From assembly GCF_009914755.1 (NCBI RefSeq), contig NC_060929.1: a stretch of DNA of 64,000 nt; one strand, written 5' to 3'. This DNA comes from the human T2T-CHM13v2.0 reference genome, Homo sapiens. The notes beneath the pieces were generated by a model. It ran no database searches, was not told the origin of the DNA, and saw nothing but the letters and a program-made list of their open reading frames with translations. Position numbers and translations under genes: made by a program. Positions 12,146-26,660 of this stretch are shown piece after piece. Every line of letters starts with the position of its first letter. Position 1 is the stretch's first letter.

Positions 12146-15100
12146 TAATTTGACTCACATCCCAGCACACAGATCTACAGGACACACATCCTAACATAAT
12201 TTAAAATGTGTATAAGAAATTGTAATTTAGTTATGTGTACAGTTTTGGCAGAAATTAACGAATAAAATACTGTGTGTCTCAAATTCTGGATCACTTCAAA
12301 CTGGAATTCCCCCAATGATATCACAAAAGAGCCTCTGATGACCCCTAAATAATCACACACTGGAAGTTTCCACAAATGCCAACTCACTCTTTGGCGGTGA
12401 GTGAGTAAAGATAGATTGAGTGGTAGTGACTTCGATGAAACTAGTCGATGGCTTTTATTCTTCGGGTAGCTAAAATTCATTTCCCCCAGTATCCAAGAAA
12501 TATTTTCACAGCAATGACTTAACAACTTAAATGGAAATATTGAATACACTTTTTTCTTTAAAAGAAAACTGCATATCCTCAGCTTCTTAATCTCAAGCCA
12601 TAGTCATGCTAGCAGTGGGGCTGTTTTCTGAGCCACTGGCCTACCCACCTTGTGCTTTCCTTGTCTTTAATTTAATTGCCTTCCTTGTCTTTAACAAATG
12701 ACTCTGCTGTCATTTGTTTCCTATTGTGTTGCATCTGATGCTTTTACTCAGTAAACAAAACTAGAATGTGTTCTGTGATGTTGTTTTAGTTGAGCACAAA
12801 ATTCAATACATTATCAAGAGAAATGAAACTGAAAGGAGCAAGTCAAGATCGCAGACCTGCGTTTTCTTCTGGGGCCACAGTTGCTGATAAATGATGCAAT
12901 AATGCCCTCGACAATCTATTCCAGCTACCTCTTGATCTGAAGATCTATGGAAATGGAGTAGTTAGGGGAGGTGGTAGGGTAGCAGTAAAACACTTTCAAT
13001 TGTTATTAGAATAATTTTGCATCCGCAAGCTGGCAAACGCTATTCACGTCTCTTTACATTGCTCATTTTATGATGCTCCTAAAGAAAATCCTTGAAAAAA
13101 GGAGAAGAAAAAAGAGGTCTGACTAATGGAACAAAAGCTACATCACAGTCTAGTTCTGTCATGTTTTCTCATCCTTAGTAAGATGATGGTTCAATTTTGA
13201 ATAAAGATTAATTACTTGAATGTGGTTAAAGCATAGTCTAGCCAAATTAATTTTTAAAATGAGAGTCCAGCTATTTTTATCTTATTCTTCACATCCCAGG
13301 TGATTTCAATCAGTAAATTTCATAGCAGTGAATATTTTTAAAAAGTATGCTTGGCCATTGGCTTTTACCCATTCGGCATCTCTCTGAATTAAAGTATTAA
13401 TATTGGGAAACATAACGAGTCTCTCGGAGTGACCTTGCTGACCTATTTTTGACAACATGATTTCGGCTCCCTCATGGCTTGCGATGATAGGTGCTGGTAA
13501 CATTATCCTTTATGACTAATCTAATTGAAGCAAGTTAGACTTTTAAAAACTAGTTGTGTATGTTAGCTTGACTAGCTTGCTACGCCCTATTTGGTGCTTG
13601 GAAAACCAGGCACTGGGTGAATGCTTTTCAATTGCGTCTGTAACTTAGTTTTTCCCTCCTACTGACATAAATGATCCATCTTAATCCTCCCATTCTAGCT
13701 GCATATTGTTTTCCAAAACTAAAGCTATATGCCCCAAAACCTTTGCCTTCTATCATGTGGCAGATGACATCTTCCACTGACAGTGAATAATAAATTTACA
13801 CTCAACCCGCATGGGGAACCTGAACACATAAGCTCCCCACATGCAGAACTATTTCCAAGTGACATTCCCTTCTCTCTTTCCCTTCTACTTCAGTGATGCA
13901 GAATAACCATCATATAACAATTAACAATCCTCCTTTAGGGGGATGCTGAATGGAAAGAAAAGAACAGGAGAAGGGCACCTCAATCCAGGTAACGTATTAA
14001 CAAAAACCCCAGAGCAAACCACAGTCCTTAACAGACACCCTGATAAGGCTCCCAGGACACAGTACTGAGGAAGAGCAAATTCTCCAGTGGGACACATCTC
14101 ACACGCCAGTGGCTCCTGGTTCTCCCAGCCACATGATCTGTGCCAAAATTCAGATTTAACGCAGTGTCCTCTTTAGTCCCAATGTAATTCTATTTCTAGT
14201 TTTGCCAGCCTTAGTTCTGCAAAGCATCAGTATTCTCTTACCAAAAAAAAGTATTAGCTGAAATTCTGGGCCATCTATCACTTATACCCTTTGGTTAAGG
14301 ACTACTCCCAGTAAGGTATTTTCTGTTGAAGATGCCCACAGCAGTATCCACCCAGGAACCTTGAAAAGGAAGCAGAAATGATTGCATGGGTAACTTACCA
14401 GCTCCTGAGGTCTGAATGGCTGCAGCAGCCCCACTCCTTTACCTGATCCCTGCTCTCTCTGTCTCTCTCCCTCTCTCTCTCCCTCTTTCTCTTGTGTACA
14501 GATTGCAGGGAACTTAAAGAACTCGCAGGGACAGTGTTTCGAATGACTTAAGAAAGAGAACAGGAACAATACTTCGTTCTCTTTTTCTCAGATGAGTACC
14601 TTCGGGAAGAAGGAAGGAAGGGAGGGGAGAGGGAGGAAGTCAACAACCCTTTGCTTTCCTGAAAAAAAATAAGGAAACAGAAGATAGACATCTCATTTTC
14701 TCTTAAACAAAATGTTGGAAGGGGCAAAAAAAAAAAATCTTTGAAAAAAGGAATTCCTCAAATATGCTCTCTGCCCTGGGAGCTTTAAAGAGATGAAACG
14801 CCTTAGTGGCCTGTCCTGTCCAAACAAACGGTGTTCCAGACAGGCAGGCTCTCCTGAGCCTGCAGCCTCTGGTATCTGGTTTGCAGAACTGACACAGCCG
14901 AAAGGGAACAAATCATGTCATGTCGACTTAGAGCAAGGGAGAGCTTGGCCTGTTGTGCTAACCGAGGTAAACCTGCAGCCTGTAAGACAGTGTCGGGGCT
15001 GGGCAGCCAGGACTCCTGGCTTTTCCTAGGCCCTTTGAAACACCAGCATTGCTGCAATTCCTCGCTGACTCTAGATCCTTAGAGTTTTTCCAGGATCAAA

Positions 15101-15793
15101 TAGCAGATTTATGCCCACCGAACTTTATACAGTGGACCCAATCCAGCTTCCATCACTGATGGATGAAAAAGGAAAAGAAGCAACTAACCACAACTGCTGC
15201 CGGCCATGGTTATCTCAGATCTGTTGTTTATATTATTCTATCCTCTACATTCCTAAGGCGTCTTGGATTTAATCACCTCTGGAAAACTGGAAGGAGATTT
15301 CTAATTTGTTTTCAAAATACTGCGAAGCAGCATAGGGTTTAGATAAATCAGCCATGGTGTTCGAAAAAAGATAGGGGAGGCAGGAGCAGTTAAAATGGAG
15401 GGAGTAACCTTTATCAAGGTAGAAGACTTGGGGCTTCAGCAGGCAGGCATGAGCTTGCTTAGGCTAGTTGCACTTAGGAATAAGCTTGGTTTTAACTTCT
15501 CTGATTTGTGTTATGTCTCTTGTGTCCCTTATTCATCTGGTTAGGACCATTTTCACTGTGAACAGGAACCAGCAGTTATGTAGACCTTTGTGGCAGCAAA
15601 AGAAAAACCAGCCTTACACTACTTCCTCATTTCACCCAACTGTGAAAAAAATGGGGTGGACAGATACACCTGATTGCAAAGAGTCATGAAAGTGAGTTCA
15701 GGGGAAGAATGATTCTGATTCAGTGACCCTGTAAGATTTTGATTGAGTCCTTATTGGCCTATAGGATTATGTTTTTATTCTGACAGATATTTT

Positions 15794-15808
15794 TCTATCA
15801 TCTATCTG

Positions 15809-15842
<34 letters not shown>

Positions 15843-15900
15843 ATCTATCTATCTAATCTATCCATATATCTATCTATCTCCCTGTCTATCTAGTTATCTG
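15794..15900. repeat. (TCTA)n tetranucleotide STR
   Basis: Perfect core ~15809-15842 with degenerate flanks. Confidence 0.95.
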
Positions 15901-16373
15901 AATATGTGTGCATGTATCAGAGAGAGACATGAAGATTTTGTTACTCGGTAGGTGTGCACAAGCCAGAGCAGAGTCCCATTCCTTGCATCCGCCACAGCAC
16001 CAACACTGGCACAACCCATGGCACTGAGTTCTGGCCTGGGTGACCCAGCCTCACCAACAGTGGGGAACACGGATGACCAGAGACAGTCTCTTTGGTTCGC
16101 TTAGAGCCACACGCCAACACGTTCCTGTCTCCTGATCCCGGCTCTCGGGCTCTTTGCCCTCTGCTGGCCTTCCTCTACATCCTGCCTTTGTAGAAATGGG
16201 AAGGGAAATGAAAATGAAAATCTGAGAAAGCCAGGGAAGGGCATGAGGGAATGGAGCAGGAAGGCCTAGGAATGGAGTCTTTTAAAGGGGGAGAAACACT
16301 GGGGCAAACCTTTGAGTAACCGGAGGTGAAACAAGCAGGCAGCTGAAATTCACAATAAAAAAGCAGACGTCCT

Positions 16374-17119
16374 TGGGAGTGAGGTGGGGTGAGGAGAAGC
16401 AATAGGGAGGGGGCGAGGTGTGTGGGGCATCAGCAGCAGAGGAAAGGAGGGACCCAAGGAACAAGACTCTCATGGTACCAACTCCTCACAGGCAGGAAAC
16501 CGCCTCTGATCACTTGAAGAATCCATTGCAGCTGCACACAGGCCTTCCCATATTTTTACTCCTCTTTGCACCCTCAAGGCAAGGCCAGGGCTGAGCCCCA
16601 GGAGTCCAGGCAGAATCCAAAGGATTTCCCTTTTAAGTCTGCAGAATGTGGGGACTGTCACGTTGAGGCTGTGTTGTTGTCTCCAGGCCAGCTGACCCGC
16701 CCAGACAGCCTGGATGGGGACATGTGCCATTTCAGGCTGCACGGCTTTGACTGAATGGGGCAGCATCCAGTCGGGATCTGACATCATCCCCGCAGCCAGC
16801 CAGGGGACTCTCAAGGCTGCCTTGTGCCAAGCTGCTCCATGCTCACACCGCGTTGCAACCCTGCCTGTGAAATTCACAGAAAAGGCTTTTCCCTCTTTCC
16901 TTGTGCTGCCAGTCACCTGAACAGTCACCCTCTAAAACTTGTGAAACCACCCACTGGGTGTCAGGAGCAGAAATTCCTAACCCTCCCATTAGGTTTGGCA
17001 GGACAGATTTCTGATCAGTCCACTGGAGCTCTAACTCTGTCCTGGCCTATCTGGATCCTGACTAAAAGTGAAGGATCCAACTGAGACGCATGAGCAGGAA
17101 TGGCATATGGCCTTGGCTC
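16374..17119 (+). repeat. High-identity twin element, copy 1 (candidate duplicated enhancer)
   Basis: Aligns end to end with 48372-49117: about 57 substitutions plus indels of 1, 3, 15, 1 and 18 bp, counted by eye. Not recognisable as a transposon family. Confidence 0.97.
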
Positions 17120-17439
17120 TCACCCCTCAGGAAAGCCCCATGTTGCACAGCGTATCATAGAGATCACTTGAGTAGAGAGAGGAGCTGCCCACCCCTGGGA
17201 CGAGATAGGAGGACAGGAGAGAAACCTAGGTGAGGACAGTGCTGTGACCCTAACCCTCAGAACCAGCACCACAGAAATAGGTGCTCTACTCAAAATGGCG
17301 TCCTGCCTCTGAAGCGTCCTAATTTGTATGGCACCAGCTTCCAATGACACAGACTCTGGGGTTATCTGTTGACTCCCAGACTAACTTGACTTCAGGTCAT
17401 GGAGGTAGCAGCGTAGGAGAAAATGGAGAAAGGTTTGGA

Positions 17440-17872
17440 ATAGAACATATTCTTCAGAAAAGTACACAAAACGTAAGTGTACCGGTCAGGGAACTTCACA
17501 AAAGGAACATATCTGAGTAGCCAGCCCTCAGATTAAGAAAGAGGACAGAGGCCCCCCAAGCCCCTCCTGTCACTACCTCCTCTCAGGTGCCCTGACTTCC
17601 AGCACCTGACATGGATGCACATTACCTGGTTTTGAATTTACATGAAAATGGCATTGGCTTGCACTTCATTTGGTTTCTTTGCCTCGATAGTATATTCATG
17701 GGATTCGTCCCTATTGTTGAGTGTAGCTGTGGCTCATTCGCTCTCATTGCTGGATAGGGTTTCATTCTGTGAATATACCACCATTTAGATGTCTGTTCTA
17801 CTTAACACAGACATTGGATTGTTTCTAGTTTGGAGCCATTACAAATGGGCTGCCAGGAATATTCTTGTCCCT
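17440..17872 (-). mobile_element. L1ME-type 3' fragment (shared with copy B at ~49425-49485 and ~55725-55925)
   Basis: cagaaaagtacacaaaacgtaagtgtac...gaatataccaccattt...acattggattgtttctagtttgg; the same junction into unique flank is seen at ~55925. Confidence 0.8.
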
Positions 17873-18549
17873 GCCAGATGTCTTTTTAGAAGCCTGATGC
17901 AGGACTCATCTCTCTCCAGGAAGATTGGCCACTCCAGTGACTCAGTCTTTCTGTTTGGTATCCTTTGGCACTCACTTCCTCTCAAAGGGGATGCATAGCA
18001 TAGATTTAAAAAAAGAAATCAAATGACTTTGATTTGAGGACACGGCCATGCCTTTGGAGACACTGGCAGAGTTCCTGAGGCGCTTGGGCACTGGTTAGGA
18101 GCCACTGTTCTCACTTACTGCAGCAACCTGGAGATGCTAGTTCCTGCTGCTCTGAGTCATGCTCCAGCGGCTCCCCATCTCCACTACAGATTCGATGGAA
18201 AATGTGTCTCTCCTCCCCGCTCTGGGCTTCTCACGAACATGCTGAGTTTTGTTATATGAAAGTGCAGGGGGGATGGCGCAGTCCCCGGCCTGAAACTGCT
18301 TTGAAACTTCCTTAGTTTCTTTGATTTATTGTCTTCAACTTGCCAAACCCCCAAAGCCTCCAAGTCCCAACTCTCAAAAATGTGAGAATGTTCATTTCTT
18401 TTTTCCTTTTAAATTTTTTTTTAGCATGAAAAGATAATATGAAGGATTCATTTAGACAAGTTATTGAAGAAAGTCTATTTTATGCATCCAGTTTTTTCAT
18501 ATGACAAGTGGGGATAAGAACACATCTATTTTGTACAGTATTTGGAGTA

Positions 18550-18810
18550 AATAAGAATAGGTTAACATCTTTCACATACTTACCATGTGCCAGACACTTC
18601 TAAACACTTCACACATCAAACCAACTTAGTCATCACAACAGTCCTATGAAGTAGGTGCTATTATCGTCCACCATCCCCCTGCCCTTTTTACAGATGAAGG
18701 AACTGAGTAATGGAGACATCATACTACCTCCTTGATACCACACAAATAGTAGATTTCAAACCCAGGAAATTCTGGCTCGGAGCCCTAATTTTTAACCACA
18801 AAGCTAACAT
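18550..18810 (-). mobile_element. MIR
   Basis: cttaccatgtgccagacac...tttacagatgaaggaactgag. Confidence 0.8.
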
Positions 18811-18919
18811 ACCTTGCTCTCTAAACTAGCACTGCATGTCGCATAGTAAAAACTAATGACTGCTCCCTAAAATTGGAGAACCACAGGTTTATAATAGACA
18901 CAAAGGTTCATTGGGCAAC

Positions 18920-19410
18920 CCTTTAATAAGCATGTCTTATGGACCAGGAAGCCCCATGCTAGGTGTGGTTAACGTGCTTCTGGATTTTATTGCCTCGTAG
19001 AGGAGAGATACGTTAAATAAATCAAACAAACCATACCTGAATACCTAAACAGTTACCACGGCAGTCAGTGCTCTGAAGATTAAGTCTGGGAGTTACAAGA
19101 GCATATAGCAGGGGACCAAATCTGGGCAAGAAGGTCAGGAGGCTCTTCCTGAAAATGGCATGTCAGCTGAGACCTCAAGAATGAGCATGAGTCAGGGAAG
19201 ATGGTGAGGAGCAGCTCCTGCAAGGGCCAGTCAGACAGGTCTGGGTTCAGATTGTGACCTTGATCCTGAGAAGGGTGGGAAATCATTAAAGATTTTACTA
19301 AGGGTATAGAATGATCAGGTTTGCATTTCAGAAAGACTATTTTTGGTCACTGTGCAAAGAATGAAGGAGGACAAGAGTGGGAGCAGATGAGCAGCTGTAA
19401 AAATCTAGGC
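18920..19410 (-). mobile_element. L2 fragments
   Basis: ggtcaggaggctcttcctga...gctgagacct...atgatcaggtttgcatttcagaaaga. Confidence 0.75.
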
Positions 19411-19460
19411 TAAGTTCAATCCTGCCAATAGGGCCTATCAAGAGACATAGGTGGGCGTGT

Positions 19461-20192
19461 TGTAACCACCCAGTGGGTTCACTTTGCCTGCTGCCTAGAC
19501 AGAGCCCATTTATCAAGACAGGGGAATTGCAGTGGAGAAAGAGTAATTCACACAGAGCTGGCTGTGAGGGAGACTGGAGATTTTTTATTACTCAAATCAG
19601 TCTTGCCAAGCATTTGGGGATTGGAGTTTTAAAAGATAATTTGGCGGGTAGGGGCTTGGGAAGTGGGGAGTGCTGATTGGTCAGGTTGGAGATGGAATCA
19701 CAGGGGGTGGAAGTCAGGTTTTCTTGCTGTCTTCTGTTCCTGGGTGGGATGGCAGAACTGGTTGAGCCAGATTACCAGTCTAGGTGGTGTCAGCTGATCC
19801 ACCCAGTGCAGGGTCTGCAAACTATCTCAAACACTGATCTTAGGTTGTACAACAGTGATGTTATCCCCAGAAGCAATTTGGGGAGGCTCGGTCTCTTGGA
19901 GCCAGAGGCTACATGACCCATAAACTGTAATTTCTAATCTTATAGCTAATTTGTTAGTCCTGCAAAGGTAGACTGGTCCCCAGGCAAGAAGGGGGTCTTT
20001 TCCAGAAAGGGCTATTGTCAATTTTGTTTCAGAGTCAAACCATGAACTGAATTCCTTCCCAAAGTTAGTTCAGCCTATGCCCAGGAATGAACAAGGACAG
20101 CTTAAAGGTTAGAAGCAAGACGGAGTCAATTAGGTCTGATTTCTTTCACTGTCGTAATTTCCTCAGTTATAATTTTTGCAAAGGCGGTTTCA
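19461..20192 (-). mobile_element. LTR8/LTR8A solo LTR (ERV1)
   Basis: Reverse complement starts tgaaaccgcctttgcaaaaattataactgag and ends ...ggttaca; near-TSD gtgt/atgt. Confidence 0.92.
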
Positions 20193-20740
20193 ATGTCAGT
20201 GCCTGGAGAGGTCATAGGACAACCAAGTTTGAGAGCTGTGCTCAGATGTTGTATGACAAGAGTCTATTGGAGAATTAATATAGGCAATGCCTGGCCTAAG
20301 AATAACTGGCTTATGAAAGCTTCCTACTTTCAAACAGCAACATCTACCATTGCCCTGCCATCCCCAATTTCCAGAGTCTCCAAAGCTGAGTGCCTACCCT
20401 CCTTTATTCCACCCCAGCCTCCTGTCTGTTTGCCTTGCCTTGCTGTCATTGTCCCATGTCTAAATTTCTCAATACTCACCCAACAGAGAGCTCCTTTTCC
20501 TTTAACACACACCCAGTGCTGTTACCAAAAAGCTAGTGGCATCCTCCAAGCTAGCCCAGGAGTGTTAAGTGGGAGGGATGGAGTAGAACTCAGTGTTTGA
20601 ACTACTAGCATTGGGGAAAATGTACCCCAGGCGTTCCATGTAGAACCCAGGCTGAAATTTCTAAGAAAACTGTTACACTTGGTAGATTGCTGGTGTTATA
20701 ACAGAGTTCCAGCACATATGGTTTTAAGAACTAGTCTGGG

Positions 20741-21553
20741 GATATAGGAAAGAAACTCTCAGTTTTTCCTGCTATGCTTTCACAACACAGAACACTTCTG
20801 ACACCAGATGTATGAGAGTTTTCCCCACACACCTAGGAATCAACCAATTCTTCAGTAGACACCAGTAGGGTGTCCTAATTCAATTCAGTGTCCACACTAT
20901 CTACCTAGAGACAGTATCAGATCCCACAAGTTGAGGATTCAGTCCTATGATACTTTCCTCCACTTCAGATGCCAATCAAAAGCCCCAGGTTGTTTCACCT
21001 GTACTTCTGACTAATCAGCTATAAATCAGTATGCCCATGACCCCCTCCTCAGGTTCAATTAATTTGCTAGAGTAGCTCACAGAACTCAGGTTACTTACAT
21101 TTACTAGTTTATTATTAAGGATATTACAAAGGATACCAATGAACACCAGATGAAGAGTTGGATAGGGCAAAATATGGAAGAAGGAGGGCGAAACTTCCAT
21201 GTCCTCTCTGGGCATGCCATCCAGAAGCTCTCAAACCCAGTCCTTTTGGGTTTTTATGAAAGTTTCATTATATTGGCATGATTGGGTAAGTCATTGGCCA
21301 TTGATATCAATTTAACCTTCAGCCCCTCTCCCCTTCCTGGAGGTAGGGGGGTGAGGCTGAGAGTCCCAATTCTGTAATTACAACTTGGTCTTTCCTGTGA
21401 CCAGCCCCCATTCTGAAGCTACCTTGGGCTGCCGGCCACCAGTCAACTCATTAGCATACCAAAAGTCACATCATTTTGAAGATTCCAAGGATTTTAGGAG
21501 TTGTATGCCAGGAAATGAGGACCAAGGCCAAATATATATTTCACCATATCACA
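20741..21553 (-). mobile_element. MER21-family LTR
   Basis: aacacttctgacaccagatgt...cagatcccacaagttgagg...ttaatttgctagagtagctcacagaactcagg...atatcaca. Confidence 0.85.
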
Positions 21554-21665
21554 ACTGGCTTGCAGACTTAACCACCAAGGAACATGCAGTCTGAGCTCCA
21601 AATATCTGGTATGAGCAAACAAACATTTTTAAGTTGGGGAATGGCTGTAGTCATACTACAAGTAA

Positions 21666-22112
<447 letters not shown>

Positions 22113-23009
22113 AACTGTGGGTTTATTATTAGGCTAATCATTCTCCAGTATTCATTTCCGTAATTTAGTAAAGCTCACCTTTTCACAGTCTCCTCCAGAG
22201 AGGTTGTAAAGGCCTTTTCCTCTGCTTGTAGGCTCTCTTCAAGCATTCTAAATGCTTATTTATGTGTCTGTGGCACACCAGGGACAGGAAATAACTTTAT
22301 TTATTTTTATACATTAAATTAAATATGATTAGAGTTCCCCTCCTTGACAAAGTTGGCTAACAGTTCTATATCATTATTTTTAATGGATCCCACATGGATC
22401 CTTCCTTAGGTAGTCCCAGACCTAGGGCTCAGGCAGTCTCAGGAAGACAGCACCGAGCCTTTATCCACGCTGGGTCATTCATGGTCCTCTCAAGGGGGCT
22501 GGTTCCCCTGGTGACTCTACACACTCAGTGTCAAGTTCCACCACAAGAATGTCTGCCAAATCTATTTGACTATTGCCTCACGCCCAGATCGCCACAGTTG
22601 CCCCTGTCATCTCTACAGTCCTATGCAGGTGTAATGCAAGGTTGCTGCCACTCTAAGAAAACCCACAACGTGTCTCATTTCCCAATCTTCTGGGATTCAA
22701 CTCACACCAGGGGTCAGGCTTCTTTCTTCAATTCCATTGCCATGTCTTCCAGTCTCATTAAATCTAGATCAGTATTTAGCTCTAAACTCAACTATTTAAA
22801 TCATCCAAGCAGGTAACACACATGTGTTAAATAAGTGTGCTATGTTTAATACAGAGGATTTGGTGGGGAGTATGGCAAATTAAAGAGTTTGTGTTCAATA
22901 TAAAGTGTTTTGTGAGCACGTAGGCCTAGTGTGACCATATTTTTTTTAAAAAGTAAGAAAAAAATCTGAATACTTATGTGGAATCTACAATTTAAAAATT
23001 TTAGAATTG

Positions 23010-23630
<621 letters not shown>

Positions 23631-23670
23631 CTTAAGAAAAAAATAAATTATATGTGTGAAGGGGACCTAG

Positions 23671-24190
23671 TGTTAGGGTTTTAAAATACGTCCCCAAATT
23701 CTTTGATGTTCCTTTCTTTGAGAGATGACATCTAATTACCTATCCTTTCAGTGTGAGTTGGACATAAAAGCAGGATAAGGCAGAAGTGACAGTAAGGGAC
23801 TTAGAAGACATAGTCACTGAAGGCATTGGGGTTCCCTCCTTTTTTACACTTTCTTGGATTGCTTGCTTTGGGGGGAAATTAGCAGCCATGTCATGAGGAT
23901 ACCCAAGTAATCTATGGAGAGGGCCACATGGAGAGAAACTGAGGCTCCCACTAACAGCCTTTTGAGTGCACTGTCTTGGCAATGGATCCAGCATCCAGCC
24001 CAGTCACACTTTTAGACCATGGCAGCCCCTGCCACACTGAATGCAACCTCATCAGAGATCCTCAGCCAAACCACTCAGATAAGCTGTTTCTGAATTCCTG
24101 CCCTATAGAAACTATAAGATAATAAACATTTATTTTAAAACCAGCAAGTGTTGGTATAATTTGTTATGTAACAAAAGATAAGTGATATAC
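23671..24190 (+). mobile_element. MLT1F-type MaLR LTR
   Basis: tttaaaatacgtccccaaattctttgat start; aataaa...ataatttgttatgtaacaaaagataagtgatata end. Confidence 0.85.
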
Positions 24191-24771
24191 TCAGCAGCTG
24201 AGAGGCTGCTAGTTTACAATTTTGGCTCTAACTTTTCAAACCAAATATCCCAGGTGGGAATATTCACAGGTGGGTGGCTCTCAAAGTTTGACTCTGAAAC
24301 TGACTAAGGCTGTTAACTGCTGCATCCACCTTCACCACACCACCAACCAAGGGGTCTGCTGTAAAATAGTCACGTATTTTTTCACCACCCTGTATCGTAT
24401 ATGAGATAACAAAAAAGTGAATGTATTAGTGTCCCTTTGTAGACTACAAGCCACAGGAGTTTAACTCACCAACTATGCCATCGACTTGTTTATTTCTTTC
24501 CCACATTTGTTAGTGAGTGGAGGTGATGCTGTCTAGGCAAGTTTTCTTTTTAGGTGTCTTTTCTTCATAGATTTTACATTACCATGGGTTAGAAGATCAG
24601 CAGCTAATTTGCTTTAGATGGTGACTATACCTAGTGTTGCAAGTCCTTAACGAATGCCAGTTAATACTCTGAAGGCTAGATGTTGAAAAGATGTTATTTT
24701 GTTTAAAGGAGAAAAAAAATCAACAGAACTCTTTCACCAAAAAATAATCCTCCTTGGAAACAAATTCAAAC

Positions 24772-24900
24772 AACAGAATGTAAGCTTCATGGGAATCAGA
24801 CTTTGCTGGGTCACTGCTGTATTCCGGTGTCTGGAAGACACTTGGCATGTGAAATTTGTTCAACAAGCAACTTTGAATGAATGAATATGTGAGTAAATGA
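24772..24900 (+). mobile_element. L2 3' end
   Basis: agaatgtaagcttcatg...cactgctgtattcc...tgaatgaatgaa. Confidence 0.8.
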
Positions 24901-25229
24901 GACCAAAGAGAAGAGGCTTCACTTGGAGGAGGAGGATGTTTCTGTCCATGGGGCATTCGCCTTGCCCCACCCCTTCACCCACCTTGCTCTCAAAATATCA
25001 TCATCAATGAGACACATTTGAGGTAGGCTAAGACTTCTTAAGAAATCTGGTTTGAAATCCAAAGAGTGGGAAGAACACCTTCAGACTAGATAAGAATAGA
25101 TCTGGCTTCTACCCCCGGTCCTGACCACAAGGCCCTGGAAGTAGGCCTCTGCCACACTTCTTCAGTCCTAATTTCTTCCTCTGCAAAACGAGATCGAAGC
25201 TTCCAGCCTTAACACCAGAGGTTTCATGA

Positions 25230-25671
25230 GTCTGTCCCAAGCTTCCCCTTTTTTTTAACACCCTCCCCGAAGGAGGCGGGTCGCTGCTTGTGAGATGCTT
25301 TGAAGCTAAAAAACCCAAGGCCTCAGAGCGATGTGACCAGAGGCGCACAGCTTGGCACATGACCTGATATGACTGATGTTCAAAGCAGCTGTCAGTGAAT
25401 AGAGGCAGCACGCACAAAGGAGCCAGCCAAAAATAATGAGAGCGGTGAAAAGAAAAAAAAAAGAAAAGAAAAGAAAGAAACACAGCAGGGCAAGGCTCCA
25501 GGGTCACTTGTGTTTCCTCTGGTCTAACCTCCTCTCTCTCCTCCACCCAGTCCTCAAACAACCCCCTCCTGCCTCCTCCAGAAGAAAAGTTAAAAGCTTT
25601 CTTTTGGAAACAGAGTAGTTTGCTTAGACTGCTGCTGTTTACCTTTGGTAGGACAGCCATTGGCGGTGAGT
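25230..25671 (+). promoter_or_regulatory. Candidate promoter/first exon
   Basis: Local CpG cluster with GC-box-like gaggcggg (~25273), FOX core tgtttac (25636), consensus donor ggcg|gtgagt at 25665/25666. Confidence 0.35.
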
Positions 25672-26451
25672 TCAAACACAGGAAAAGGCCTGTGTTCCAG
25701 GAAGAGCTGCAGACGGGCTGAAAGACCGGCCATAATGTTGCTGGATTGCACTATTCCCCACTGGTGTTCAGCCTGGGATCACACCCGGCCCTTGCCTCAA
25801 CCTCAGGCAACCAGCCTCCAGCTATTTCTTGGACTACTACCTTCCCTTGGGAATATTGCCCCTAAAACAAGATGGTGTGGGATGGAGGGATGAAGAAGTA
25901 AGGGAGGGGCAATAAAAAGAGAAAAAGAGGCTTACACTACAAACAAAAACACAATAGCCTTATTTCTAGTCTAGTATGAAAAACATAATTATAACAAGCA
26001 GCAAACTTTGGGTTTACATTTGGAGGTTTTGTTATTTATTTGTTTTCAATTATTAACATCATCCTCTATGAACTAAGAGGTCCACATTTGTCAAAACAAG
26101 GCCACACATTCCCCAAGGCAGCTACCTCCAGACATCTCTGATCTATTGGTGAAAAGGAAGGGAAAGAATCTACCTCCCTATGTTTCAAAGTGATCCACCC
26201 TGAATAGGGTTATGCTAAATTGTGGGAGAAAGGAGGGAAAGCATATGAGGAAATACATGCTGTAAGGATCAAAATCTTCTGGGCCTTCCCCATTCCCCCC
26301 AGATTTCTTTCTGCTAATTCCATTTCAAAAACTCCCTTGGCTCCAAGGCACTAGATTCTCTGGTTGGGTCATTCTCAAGATTACCATGAGGATCTCACTT
26401 CTCTTTCCCTGATTTTAGAGTTATTTATGTCAAAATCTTTCTGTCTTCCAG

Positions 26452-26660
26452 AGAGCTCACAGCATCCTGTCTCCTCCAGAAGCTCTTCCCCAGCTGAAAT
26501 GGAAGTGAAAGACTGGTAGTCTCCTCCTCAACCACCCACCTCCTGGGGCCCTGACTGTGTGGATGAACTCCTCACACCCAGGATTTGTGTCTCCAGTGAA
26601 AAGCAGCAATTTATCCTACACTGAAAATTTCCTGAATAAAAACAGTTCATGAAACTCTGG
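26452..26660 (+). ncRNA. Candidate terminal exon of a spliced non-coding transcript
   Basis: Acceptor tctttctgtcttccag ending 26451, AATAAA at 26635, GT/T-rich tract tgtagtattttatttggtgt at ~26662; no ORF. Confidence 0.4.

Noticed and set aside
16470-16928. 152-aa minus-strand ORF in the twin element as a novel duplicated protein-coding gene
   Set aside because: It starts at GTG and has no recognisable domain. The second copy is frameshifted (extra G near 48740), and many differences change amino acids (R>T, M>I, V>L).
22150-22210. Apparent similarity to 62970-63020
   Set aside because: It is out of order with the better-supported 20535-20595 match to the same B segment.
25109-25675. 188-aa minus-strand ORF
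   Set aside because: It crosses low-complexity A-rich and MIR-like sequence and has no domain resemblance.
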